The notes: generated from the letters alone by a model not told the origin. 30,620 nt of DNA from Allobaculum fili (GCF_020969955.1 NZ_JAHDSX010000029.1:1-30620); one strand, 5' to 3'; positions 9,492-17,307 are shown, numbered from the stretch's first letter. A program made the numbers and translations.

Positions 9492-10460
9492 ATGACAATT
9501 TTACAAGCTGATTTTAAATCGAAACAAGTTGTTAGCGCAGACAGCTCAGATAAAAAGCCTGTCATCGGCGTAGCAGGCGACAGCGCAACAAGAACCATTC
9601 GCTTCCTGCTCGAGAAAGACGTGGACGAGCTTCCAAAGGGGATCAGCCTTAACTCCATCACGTGGGAAATGCAATATGAAAACGTCAACCTTCAGCGTGG
9701 ATCGGTTCTGCCAGATAGCGTGAAAGACGAGGACGGCAAGCTGGAAATCGTCTTTACCATTCCGGCGAGTCTTGCGGTTGCGCCAGGTGATTGCCAGATC
9801 CAGCTTTGCGGATCCGGTGGCGACTCCAAACACTGGCACCTTTCGCCCATGACAGTCCAGATCGGCGACTTCTTCGAGCCGGACACGATCGAGGAGACAG
9901 ACCCAAAGTACGATTTGCTGAATCAGCTCAGCGCGAAGGTAAGCCAGCTGGAAGCGGCGGATTACTTATCCGGAGCAGATGCGGCCAATACATATCTAGC
10001 CAAAACGGATGCGGCAGATACATATCTGGCGAAAGAAGAAGCGGCGAGCAAATATGTCAAAAATGAGGCGATTGGATTTAACCATTTCGACATAGCAAAT
10101 ATGTATGGCGCTAGCACAGGCACGTTATACGGCGGATATTCGGAGTACCGCTTTGCCATCACCGCGGAGTATGAAGCTGATGTGCCGGTTACGTTCCGAG
10201 GTGGCGGTGGACAGATTATGACTACCCAAAATATCAGCTCCAAATCCGGCATGAAATACGCGGCTTTCTTTGTCGTGAAAGATACGAAAACGGGTGATGT
10301 GCAGATTCTTTTCGGTCAGGGAGATTCGCCGATTATCGATCCGCTTCAGTCGGGGGTGCTTTCTATCTACACATTCGGAAGCAATGACGGATACGTCGAC
10401 AGTGTTGAGGTCGGCCCTATGCCAGAACGTATTGCCACCAAGTGCGCAATGCGCAGATAG
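9492..10460 (+). CDS. putative tail fibre / receptor-binding protein (BppU-N-like Ig region, short repeat stalk, C-terminal head)
   Basis: 322-aa ORF with GGAG SD. It contains the stalk motif repeats ANTYLAKTDAADTYLAKEEAASKYV, common in phage fibres. It lies between Tal and the lysis genes. The specific function is inferred. Confidence 0.5.
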   Translation: MTILQADFKSKQVVSADSSDKKPVIGVAGDSATRTIRFLLEKDVDELPKGISLNSITWEMQYENVNLQRGSVLPDSVKDEDGKLEIVFTIPASLAVAPGDCQIQLCGSGGDSKHWHLSPMTVQIGDFFEPDTIEETDPKYDLLNQLSAKVSQLEAADYLSGADAANTYLAKTDAADTYLAKEEAASKYVKNEAIGFNHFDIANMYGASTGTLYGGYSEYRFAITAEYEADVPVTFRGGGGQIMTTQNISSKSGMKYAAFFVVKDTKTGDVQILFGQGDSPIIDPLQSGVLSIYTFGSNDGYVDSVEVGPMPERIATKCAMRR

Positions 10461-10481
10461 ACAGAAAGAGAGGAAACAGAA

Positions 10482-10691
10482 ATGAAAAATACACTTTGGT
10501 TCAAAGCCGCAGGTATTCGTGCGGTGAAGACAATGGCGCAATCAGCGCTCGCCGTACTTGGATCAGGTATGTTCGGCGTTCTGGAAGTTGACTGGCTCAA
10601 TCTGTTGTCCATCACAATCATGGCCGGGATTTGCTCTGTTCTGACGTCCATTGCCGGCCTTCCTGAAGTCAAGGATGAGGTGGCTCAGTGA
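10482..10691 (+). CDS. putative holin (two predicted TM helices)
   Basis: 69 aa with hydrophobic stretches TMAQSALAVLGSGMFGVL and LLSITIMAGICSVLTSIAGL and a charged C-terminus. It lies immediately upstream of the endolysin module. Confidence 0.6.
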   Translation: MKNTLWFKAAGIRAVKTMAQSALAVLGSGMFGVLEVDWLNLLSITIMAGICSVLTSIAGLPEVKDEVAQ

Positions 10692-10945
10692 TGGATCCAG
10701 TGATCACATCGGCGATTATTGCCGCCAGCATCCCGGCCATTGCTTCGATCGTTGTGAATCTGATTGCGAACAGTAAAACGTCGGCTCTGATGAAATACCG
10801 CCTGGACGTACTGGAGAAGAAGCAAGATAGACACAATCAGCTGATCGAGAGGGTCTATCACCTTGAGGAAGATCAGCGGGTGACGGCAGAAAAAATCAGA
10901 GTGGCCAATCACCGGATCGACGATCTGGAGAAAACAGCAGGATAA
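10688..10945 (+). CDS. small membrane-anchored coiled-coil protein (lysis accessory candidate)
   Basis: 85 aa. The start (GTG 10688 or ATG 10691) overlaps the holin stop. It has an N-terminal TM segment (VITSAIIAASIPAIASIVVNLIA) followed by a charged heptad-like region. Confidence 0.5.
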   Translation: MMDPVITSAIIAASIPAIASIVVNLIANSKTSALMKYRLDVLEKKQDRHNQLIERVYHLEEDQRVTAEKIRVANHRIDDLEKTAG

Positions 10946-10952
10946 AAGCATG

Positions 10953-10990
10953 GCGGAGTAATTTGCAGATTATGCAATTTGCTCCGCTTT
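10953..10990 (+). terminator. long imperfect hairpin + T-run between the lysis accessory gene and the endolysin
   Basis: GCGGAG..TTGCA GATTA TGCAA..CTCCGC (10953-10987) is followed by TTT. It could act as an attenuator or an mRNA-stability element. Confidence 0.35.
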
Positions 10991-11007
10991 TATATGGAGG
11001 AAATGAA

Positions 11008-11919
11008 ATGGTAGAAATTACAAAATCCTACATCCCGGCCGGCACTCCGGCAAGGCCGGCCTATCCTATGGACGCCACGGGAGTAACGATCCACAATACA
11101 GGATCCAGCGCATCGGCCAAAAATCACATGCTGTACATGACACAAAACGGCGGTTTCAACTCGACCACCAGTTACCACTTTGTGATTGATGATATCAACT
11201 GCTTTCAGCTGCTTCCGATCACTGAAAACGCGTGGCACGCCGGCGATGGCGCATTGGGCGCAGGCAACCGGAAGACGATTGCCATTGAAATTTGTGAGTG
11301 CGGCGACATCAAGAAAGCTCATGACAGAGCGGCCGAGCTGACCGCGTACCTGCTCAAGAAGATTGGCGGATCCGCGCAGCATAGCGTGTTCCAACATGCG
11401 CAATGGATGGCCAAAGACTGCCCCAGACTGCTCAGATCCGGGCGCCCCTACTCCTGGAGTACGTTCCTTGAGAAGGTCAATCAGTTCATGAAGACGGAAG
11501 CACCAGCGTCAAAGAAAGAGCCGGTCAAGGTTCCGGAAGCGGCGGCTGGATCCGTATACCGCCTGTATTCAGGAGCAGATCATCTCTATACGCAATCGCA
11601 CAAAGAGGCTCAGGCTCTTGCAGATCTGGGCTGGAAGTACGAGGGCATTGGCTGGGTAGCCCCGGCTGAAGGTGAACCGGTTTACCGCCTCTATGCAGGC
11701 GGAAAGCACCTGTTCACTGCTGATCAGAAAGAGAAGAACCGCCTGGTAGATCTGGGCTGGAAGGACGAAGGCACTGCCTTTATTTCTGGCGGATCCCGGC
11801 CGATCTATCGCATGTATAACCCGCATAGCGGTGAGCACTTACTAACGGCTAGCCTGAAGGAACACGATGCCGCCACGAAGGCCGGATGGTACTGCGAAGG
11901 GCAGGAAATCAAGTATTAG
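11008..11919 (+). CDS. endolysin, N-acetylmuramoyl-L-alanine amidase (Amidase_2/PGRP type) with three C-terminal cell-wall-binding repeats
   Basis: ATG at 11008 with GGAGG 7 nt upstream (the ORF track starts at 10963). Amidase_2 motifs are present (GVTIHNTGS, SYHFVIDD, NAWHAGDG, GNRKTIAIEICE, HAQW..KDCP). Three repeats of about 41-42 aa have the form (V/I)YR(L/M)Y..H(L)(Y/F/L)T....E.......GW..EG. Confidence 0.85.
   Translation: MVEITKSYIPAGTPARPAYPMDATGVTIHNTGSSASAKNHMLYMTQNGGFNSTTSYHFVIDDINCFQLLPITENAWHAGDGALGAGNRKTIAIEICECGDIKKAHDRAAELTAYLLKKIGGSAQHSVFQHAQWMAKDCPRLLRSGRPYSWSTFLEKVNQFMKTEAPASKKEPVKVPEAAAGSVYRLYSGADHLYTQSHKEAQALADLGWKYEGIGWVAPAEGEPVYRLYAGGKHLFTADQKEKNRLVDLGWKDEGTAFISGGSRPIYRMYNPHSGEHLLTASLKEHDAATKAGWYCEGQEIKY
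11554..11916 (+). repeat. 3 tandem coding repeats of about 41-42 aa (putative cell-wall-binding modules) in the endolysin
   Basis: Repeat units begin at 11554, 11680 and 11803, encoding VYRLYSGADHLYT.., VYRLYAGGKHLFT.. and IYRMYNPHSGEHLLT... Confidence 0.75.
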
Positions 11920-11977
11920 TGCTATACTGACTTCACTAAGAACGGCAAGGAATCCTACGGGACTTGCACGTGTAAAA

Positions 11978-12000
11978 AGGTCCCAGATTGGGGCCTTTTT
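11978..12000 (+). terminator. intrinsic terminator after the endolysin
   Basis: Stem AGGTCCCA / TGGGGCCT (one G-U pair), loop GAT, followed by TTTT(T). Confidence 0.75.
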
Positions 12001-12006
12001 ATGTGT

Positions 12007-12090
12007 GTCGACAGTGTCGATGTAGCTTGTCGACAGTGTCGACAGGGCTCGACAAAATGCGAAACAGTTCATCGAGTGACTCGACAAAAT
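12007..12090. repeat. array of TCGACA-containing direct repeats
   Basis: GTCGACAGTGTCGA occurs at 12007-12020 and 12029-12042 (22-bp period). CTCGACAAAAT occurs at 12049-12059 and 12080-12090 (31-bp period). Confidence 0.6.
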
Positions 12091-12124
12091 AAAACCCTCA
12101 GCTTTCGAGCTGAGGGCGTTTTTT
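12091..12124. terminator. bidirectional intrinsic terminator (ends the tRNA operon on the - strand)
   Basis: 9-bp stem CCCTCAGCT / AGCTGAGGG with loop TTCG. It is flanked by AAAA on the left and TTTTTT on the right. Confidence 0.8.
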
Positions 12125-12210
12125 AGTTTCGCTTAAAGGCGAATGTGTGAATTAAAACTAAGCTTGAAACTTCTACAACAAAGGTATCCGTGTTCAGCTT
12201 TTGTATCAAA

Positions 12211-12296
12211 TGGTGGGAACGGAGGGACTTGAACCCTCACGAGCAAAGCTCGACGGATTTTAAGTCCGTTGCGTCTACCGGTTCCGCCACGATCCC
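12211..12296 (-). tRNA. tRNA-Leu (anticodon UAA), class II with long variable arm, CCA encoded
   Basis: The reverse complement is GGGATCGTGGCGGAACCGGTAGACGCAACGGACTTAAAATCCGTCGAGCTTTGCTCGTGAGGGTTCAAGTCCCTCCGTTCCCACCA. It folds as a cloverleaf with anticodon stem ACGGA/TCCGT and T-arm GAGGG-TTCAAGT-CCCTC. The acceptor stem has one U5-U68 mismatch. Confidence 0.9.
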
Positions 12297-12308
12297 GTGC
12301 AATAAAAA

Positions 12309-12383
12309 TGGAGGTTCCGGTCGGAGTTGAACCGACGATCACAGAGTTGCAGTCTGTTGCCTTAGCCACTTGGCTACGGAACC
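12309..12383 (-). tRNA. tRNA-Cys (anticodon GCA), CCA encoded
   Basis: The reverse complement is GGTTCCGTAGCCAAGTGGCTAAGGCAACAGACTGCAACTCTGTGATCGTCGGTTCAACTCCGACCGGAACCTCCA. It has a perfect 7-bp acceptor stem, anticodon stem ACAGA/TCTGT and T-loop TTCAACT. Confidence 0.92.
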
Positions 12384-12414
12384 ATTTGTGTGAACCATTT
12401 GTTAACGCTCGTTC

Positions 12415-12443
12415 ATATTATCAAAGATCTTTCCGAGGGTCAA
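12415..12443 (-). promoter_or_regulatory. candidate sigma-A promoter of the tRNA-Cys/tRNA-Leu operon
   Basis: On the - strand: TTGACC (12443-12438), a 17-nt spacer, then TGaTAATAT (extended -10, hexamer 12420-12415). It lies about 30 nt upstream of the tRNA-Cys 5' end. Confidence 0.5.
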
Positions 12444-12768
12444 CCGTAAATCTGAATTCCTGATTTCTTAGCATGAAGAAGCAAAACGCCGGAAATTGCC
12501 TCGTTTCCAATTACTAGTAATCCCCCAAAATCGTGATCTTTTCCCCGCGTGTTTTTTGACCTGGAAATTTCAGAAGGACGAAAGTGAGCAGGGGATTCTT
12601 TCTGGATTTGTTTTTTGCGGATTTGCTGGAATTCTTGGCAAGAGGAAGCTCTTTTCGCTTCGATTGTTCCAAAAAGAAAACTTTGTCTTATAATGCATGA
12701 AGCCCGGTCTGCACCAGAGCTTCAAAATCTGGCGGCAGTGGTTTCAAATCAATATCAAGGAGGCTGAC

Positions 12769-13662
12769 ATGTATCATCTGATCGAAGAATTTGAACAGAA
12801 TCTTGGCCGCAACCGAACGCTGAGCTTTCTGTTTTCCCTGATCAAAATCATTCTCTCTGCGCTGCTGCAGACGTATGTCGTGCAGGTTTTCATGGATCCC
12901 TGCAACCTGATTTCCGGCGGCTTTACCGGTATTGCGCTGTTTATCAGCCGTGTCGCCTCGCTTGGCGGGATGAATCTGCCGGTCTCTTTACTCATTATCC
13001 TCCTGAACGTTCCAGTCGCCGCGTTTTGCGTGCGCGCCATTTCCAAGCGCTTTGTTCTCCTTTCGGCCATTCAGTTTGTTCTGGTTTCCATGTTCCTGGA
13101 AATTTTCAGCTTTGAACCGTTATTTTACGACATCATGATGAACCTGCTGTTTGGCGGCATTCTCTGGGGCTTCTCGATTTCTCTGGCGTTAAGTTCCGGC
13201 GGCTCGACCGGCGGTACCGACTTTATCGCCCAGTACGTATCCAACAAGATTCACCGTTCGATCTTTAACATCGTGTTCTATTTCAACGTCGCGATGTATA
13301 TCGCCTACGGTTTCTCCTTTGGCTGGATTTACTGCGCGTATTCCATCATCTTCCAGTTTTTGTCCACGACCGTCATCAACAAGATGTACAAACGCTATCA
13401 GCGCATGACCCTGCAGATTACGTGCAAGGACCCAAAACCGGTTGTCGACGCGTTTATGGAAACAGTTCGTCACGGTATGTCCATCATCGAATGCAAGGGC
13501 GCGTACAAAGGTGAAACGTACTACATCTGTGAATCCGTTGTTTCTTCTTTTGAACTGCCGGAGCTGACCCGTGCACTGATCAAGGCGGATCCGCACTGTC
13601 TGATCAACGTCTATCGAACCGTATCGTTTTACGGCAGCTTCTACCAGAAGCCAATCGAATAG
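12769..13662 (+). CDS. YitT family membrane protein (DUF2179 C-terminal domain)
   Basis: ATG at 12769 with AAGGAGG 6 nt upstream (the track ORF starts at 12697). It has multiple TM segments, the motif GGFTGIALF, and a C-terminal soluble domain typical of YitT. Confidence 0.8.
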   Translation: MYHLIEEFEQNLGRNRTLSFLFSLIKIILSALLQTYVVQVFMDPCNLISGGFTGIALFISRVASLGGMNLPVSLLIILLNVPVAAFCVRAISKRFVLLSAIQFVLVSMFLEIFSFEPLFYDIMMNLLFGGILWGFSISLALSSGGSTGGTDFIAQYVSNKIHRSIFNIVFYFNVAMYIAYGFSFGWIYCAYSIIFQFLSTTVINKMYKRYQRMTLQITCKDPKPVVDAFMETVRHGMSIIECKGAYKGETYYICESVVSSFELPELTRALIKADPHCLINVYRTVSFYGSFYQKPIE

Positions 13663-13700
13663 AACCCTGTTTTATTTCCCTTGTTCTTTTAATGCACACG

Positions 13701-13738
13701 AAAGAGGAAGACCGAAGACGTCCGGTTTCCCTCTTTTT
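13701..13738 (+). terminator. imperfect intrinsic terminator after the YitT gene
   Basis: AAAGAGGAAGACCG ... CGGTTTCCCTCTTT followed by TTT. Confidence 0.5.
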
Positions 13739-13842
13739 CTCTGGCTTTTCGCTGGTGCAAAAATGCTTTAAATTTGTGGGTATTCGGCGCGAACCGATAA
13801 GCGCAAATAGTTAAATAATACGTATATTTCACAAATCGATTC

Positions 13843-13851
13843 TGCTATAAT
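13843..13851 (+). promoter_or_regulatory. extended -10 promoter element TGCTATAAT (candidate PBP gene promoter)
   Basis: TGnTATAAT in an AT-rich context with no good -35. It would give a leader of about 255 nt before the ATG at 14113. Confidence 0.35.
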
Positions 13852-14112
13852 GAGAAGCGCGAAACCCGCTCCAGTTTATGCAGACGGCTTTTTATTCCCG
13901 TTTAAGAAGAACGGAGTAAAGTAAAAATCCAAATGTTCAGACTGGAACATGGACGACGCAAAGTTTTCGAATAAGCGAAAAATAAAATAAGAAATATATA
14001 AGCGAAAAAGGATCCGGATTGAGGATCCTGTCCGATAAATCCAAGTGAATTGAAAAGCCGGCATTCCATGCCGATTGCCTTTTGGTTCGCACCCACTGGA
14101 AAGGAGGAAAAA

Positions 14113-16206
14113 ATGAGAAAACGCAGAAGCTCAAAATCCAAAGAAAAAAGCAGCCGGATCAGCCGACTGGTCTCCAATCGAATTCTGGTTTTATCCATCG
14201 TCATTGTGGCTCTGTTTTTGAGTCTGTTTGTGCGTCTGGTGGATATCCAGGCGATTCATCACAATTCCTATCTCGAAAAGCAGGATGACTATACGTCCAT
14301 TAAACAGTACAGTTCCGCACCGCGCGGTCAGATTTACGATGCCAAAGGACGTGTGCTCGCCAAAACGGTTGCCTGTAAAAATATCGTCTATACGACACCG
14401 CAGAACGCTACGTATACCGATATGATGATTTACGCCGACCGTATGGGCGAAGTGTTCCATATTGAGATGGACGACTTCACCAATGCGGAAATCAAGGACG
14501 CGTACCTGCAGTACACAACGCTCCTCGATCCCGAAGATCCGCATTACGACGGTCTTGATCTGCTCAATGAAGAACAGAGAGCAACGTACGATGCGGGAGA
14601 AATGACATCCAGTCAGCTTCGGCAGATTCAGTTAGGTGCCATGACGCAGGAAACCATCGATCAGGCTGACGCGCGTGCTCTGAAGGCCGCAGCCATTTAT
14701 AACCGTATGGCCCAGAGTTCGTCGACCGGTCAGTCGGCAGTCATTGCCGAAGACGCGGACGATGAAGAATGCGCCTATCTCGTTGAACACAAAAGCGAGT
14801 TTCCCGGCTTTGACATCGACTTTGGCGGCTGGAAACGCGAATATCCGTACGGCGAATCGCTCAGTGATGTTCTCGGATCCGTATCGACGTCCACCGAAGG
14901 TCTTCCAGACTCGCTGGCGGACGAATATCTGGCTAAGGGCTATCAGTACAATGCCCAGGTCGGCAAATCCGGTCTGGAACTGCAGTACAACGATCTGCTC
15001 AGCGGTACCGATGAAATCGCCAAAATCACCTACGACTCCAACGGTCTTGCGCATAAGCAGATTCTCCAGCCGGCAAAGAAGGGGCATGATCTTTATCTGT
15101 CTGTAGATATCGACTTGCAGCTCAAGCTCGATGAAACGTTGAAATCCGTTTTGCAGGCGTACGGCGGAACGAAAAACCGTGAAAACTTCTACACGCTGTT
15201 CATGTGCATGGAAAACCCACAGACCGGGGATGTGCTGGCCCTTTCCGGCTATCAGATGGATCCGGAAACCCGGCAGCTTTCCTATTACGCGTCCGGCAAC
15301 TATACCCAGCTGATCAACCCGGGCAGCTGCGTAAAAGGCGCTACGGTGTACATGGGACAGTCCGAAGGCGTTGTGCAGGAAGGCGAAGTCATTGTCGATG
15401 AAGTCATGAACATCGGCGGACAGAATTTCGGCTCCTACACCGAACACGGTCCGGTAAACGATGTGCAGGCGCTTTCGGTTTCGTCCAACGTTTACATGTT
15501 CCAGATCGCGATGCGTCTTGGCGGGTATAACTATGTACCGGGCGAAGCCCTCAATATCGTCGATGTTCCTGGAACGCTCAACAAGATGCGCAATTACTAT
15601 TCGCAGTTTGGACTGGGCAATATGACCGGTCTCGATGTTCCCAATGAAGTGACCGTCTTCGCAGCGGGAAACAATACACCCAACATGGTCATCAACTACG
15701 CGATCGGTCAGCTCGATACGTATACTCCTCTGCAGCTGATGCAGTATGCGGGGGTAATCGCCGCAGACGGCAAACTGTTCCAGCCGCGCTTTTACCAGTA
15801 CTCCAAGGAAGTGGGCGGCGACGAAATTTTCGATCTGAACGAAGTCGTTCTGAAAAACGAACTCGACGAAAAGAACGCCAGCCATCTCAAGCGCGTTCAG
15901 GAAGGCTTCCAGGCCTGCGTCGCGGATGAGAACTGCTTCAAGCCGCTTAAAAATCTTGATGAGAACATGGCGGCGAAAACAGGAACAGCCGAAGTCGGCG
16001 AATGGACCACGGCCAACCTGGTCGGTTATGGACCTGTGGAAAAACCGAGCGTCGCCTTTGCGTGCTCGGCACCGACGTCTTCGATCAACAGCCAGTCGCT
16101 TTCAGCCAACATCTGCGCCAATAACGTCGTAGGTCCGGTCCTGCAGGAATACTTCAACCTGTATCCGGAAAACCGCGTACAGAGCGGCGATTCGGCGGCG
16201 CAGTAG
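14113..16206 (+). CDS. class B penicillin-binding protein (PBP2/FtsI-type transpeptidase)
   Basis: ATG at 14113 with AAGGAGGAAA upstream (the track ORF starts at 14050). It has an N-terminal basic tail and a TM anchor. Transpeptidase motifs are SCVK (SxxK), SSN (SxN) and KTGTA (KTG). Confidence 0.9.
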   Translation: MRKRRSSKSKEKSSRISRLVSNRILVLSIVIVALFLSLFVRLVDIQAIHHNSYLEKQDDYTSIKQYSSAPRGQIYDAKGRVLAKTVACKNIVYTTPQNATYTDMMIYADRMGEVFHIEMDDFTNAEIKDAYLQYTTLLDPEDPHYDGLDLLNEEQRATYDAGEMTSSQLRQIQLGAMTQETIDQADARALKAAAIYNRMAQSSSTGQSAVIAEDADDEECAYLVEHKSEFPGFDIDFGGWKREYPYGESLSDVLGSVSTSTEGLPDSLADEYLAKGYQYNAQVGKSGLELQYNDLLSGTDEIAKITYDSNGLAHKQILQPAKKGHDLYLSVDIDLQLKLDETLKSVLQAYGGTKNRENFYTLFMCMENPQTGDVLALSGYQMDPETRQLSYYASGNYTQLINPGSCVKGATVYMGQSEGVVQEGEVIVDEVMNIGGQNFGSYTEHGPVNDVQALSVSSNVYMFQIAMRLGGYNYVPGEALNIVDVPGTLNKMRNYYSQFGLGNMTGLDVPNEVTVFAAGNNTPNMVINYAIGQLDTYTPLQLMQYAGVIAADGKLFQPRFYQYSKEVGGDEIFDLNEVVLKNELDEKNASHLKRVQEGFQACVADENCFKPLKNLDENMAAKTGTAEVGEWTTANLVGYGPVEKPSVAFACSAPTSSINSQSLSANICANNVVGPVLQEYFNLYPENRVQSGDSAAQ

Positions 16207-16247
16207 ACGGGTTCAGCAAACCCAATAAATTAATTTGAATCAACTGA

Positions 16248-16293
16248 CAGCCCCGATGGGATTGCCGCTCTGGCGCGCCCATGGGGGCTGTTT
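16248..16293 (+). terminator. intrinsic terminator after the PBP gene
   Basis: 13-nt arms CAGCCCCGATGGG / CCCATGGGGGCTG (one mismatch) followed by TTT. Confidence 0.6.
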
Positions 16294-16302
16294 CAGGAAT
16301 TA

Positions 16303-16331
16303 TTGTTCGTCTCAATTTTCTGTGCTATAAT
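16303..16331 (+). promoter_or_regulatory. sigma-A promoter of rpmG
   Basis: TTGTTC (16303-16308), a 17-nt spacer, then the extended -10 TGcTATAAT (hexamer 16326-16331). Confidence 0.55.
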
Positions 16332-16357
16332 CGGCAGGAATGTAAGGAGGAAACAGC

Positions 16358-16507
16358 GTGAGAGATCGTATCACTTTCAAGTGCGCGGTTTGCGGCGATG
16401 AAAACTACATCGGTACCCGTAACAAGAAAAAGCATCCGGAACGTATGACCATCAAGAAATACTGCCCGAAATGCAACAAAATGACTGAGCACAAAGAAAA
16501 GAAGTAA
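16358..16507 (+). CDS. rpmG: 50S ribosomal protein L33 (Zn-ribbon form)
   Basis: Not in the ORF track because it is under 60 aa. GTG start with AAGGAGG 8 nt upstream. Translation is MRDRITFKCAVCGDENYIGTRNKKKHPERMTIKKYCPKCNKMTEHKEKK, which has the L33 signature with CxxC...CxxC. Confidence 0.9.
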   Translation: MRDRITFKCAVCGDENYIGTRNKKKHPERMTIKKYCPKCNKMTEHKEKK

Positions 16508-16563
16508 TCGCACTGGATCTTCATCCGGGAATCCTTTTCCCGCGCCGTGTCCATTGCACAGAC

Positions 16564-16588
16564 GGATGCCCAAGCGGCATCCTTTTTT
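16564..16588 (+). terminator. intrinsic terminator after rpmG
   Basis: Stem GGATGCC / GGCATCC, loop CAAGC, followed by TTTTTT. Confidence 0.85.
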
Positions 16589-16680
16589 GTAGCCGTTTTT
16601 TCGCTTTTGCGGCATCCGTTTAAGCTTTGCAGGTGAAAAAGCATATGATGAAGAAGGAAAAATTCCAGGGAGGTACAGTT

Positions 16681-17307
16681 ATGGAAGTAATCTGCAAACC
16701 CGTTGGTCCCGTACAGGCCAACTGCTATATTGTTTCCGATCATGGACACGCTTTGATCATCGATCCGGGTGATGAAGGCCGCGAAATCGCCATGATGGTT
16801 CGCGCGCTGAATGTGAAAGTGGATGCCATCTGTCTGACACATGCTCATTTTGATCATATCGGCGCGATCGATACGCTGCTTGAAGAGTTCAACGTCGATG
16901 TGTACGTCAATCCGGCCGAACTCGACTTTCTGTCCCAGCCGGAAAAGAATGCTTCCGCTTCGTTTGTCGGCATTCCGCATCTGACGCTTCAGGCGAAACC
17001 GGTTGCCTACAAAGAAGGTCAGAATCTGATCGGTACCTTCGGCGTTTCGGCGTATTATGCGCCAGGTCATTCGATCGGCAGTACGATTCTCGAAATCGGA
17101 GATAACCTGTTTACCGGCGATGTCCTGTTTGAAGGCTCCATCGGCCGTACCGATCTGCCCGGCGGATCCGTCAGCCAGATGCGCGATTCGCTGAACTTTC
17201 TCAAATCGCTGAAAAAGGATTATGTCGTCTATCCGGGTCATGGTCCATCGACCACGCTCGAACAGGAAAAAACGCATAACCCGTATCTGATGTACAACCT
17301 GATCTGA
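16681..17307 (+). CDS. MBL-fold metallo-hydrolase (glyoxalase II-like)
   Basis: ATG at 16681 with GGGAGG upstream. It has the metal-binding motif THAHFDH and later H and D residues (PGHSIG, GRTD). Length is 208 aa. Confidence 0.85.
   Translation: MEVICKPVGPVQANCYIVSDHGHALIIDPGDEGREIAMMVRALNVKVDAICLTHAHFDHIGAIDTLLEEFNVDVYVNPAELDFLSQPEKNASASFVGIPHLTLQAKPVAYKEGQNLIGTFGVSAYYAPGHSIGSTILEIGDNLFTGDVLFEGSIGRTDLPGGSVSQMRDSLNFLKSLKKDYVVYPGHGPSTTLEQEKTHNPYLMYNLI

Larger units (their letters stand above)
1..12090. mobile_element. prophage right arm (tail morphogenesis + lysis modules); left end lies outside the window and the right boundary is approximate
   Basis: Uninterrupted + strand block in canonical siphovirus order (major tail, G/GT, tape measure, Dit, Tal, fibre, holin, endolysin). 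It ends at an intrinsic terminator and a repeat array next to tRNA genes. Confidence 0.85.

Noticed and set aside
12007-12090. Possible CRISPR array
   Set aside because: The repeats are only 11-14 bp long with spacers of 8-20 bp. This is far too short and irregular, and there are no cas genes.
12001-12126. 41-codon ORF (MCVDSVDVACRQCRQGSTKCETVH..) spanning the TCGACA array
   Set aside because: It starts inside the T-tract of one terminator and runs through the next. It has no SD, and its Cys/Arg/Val content simply reflects translation of the GTCGAC repeats.
12133-12463. ORFs 12133..12369(-) and 12269..12463(+)
   Set aside because: They overlap the tRNA-Leu and tRNA-Cys genes and the tRNA promoter, and neither has an SD.
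14632-15885. 417-aa ORF on the - strand, antisense to the PBP gene
   Set aside because: It lies entirely within a gene that has clear SxxK/SxN/KTG motifs. It has no SD, and its composition (Arg/Phe/Val/His-rich, low complexity) is typical of antisense frames. The same reasoning applies to 16405..17277(-), 6201..6803(-), 3718..4491(-), 18645..19286(+), 22158..22721(+) and 29751..30374(-).
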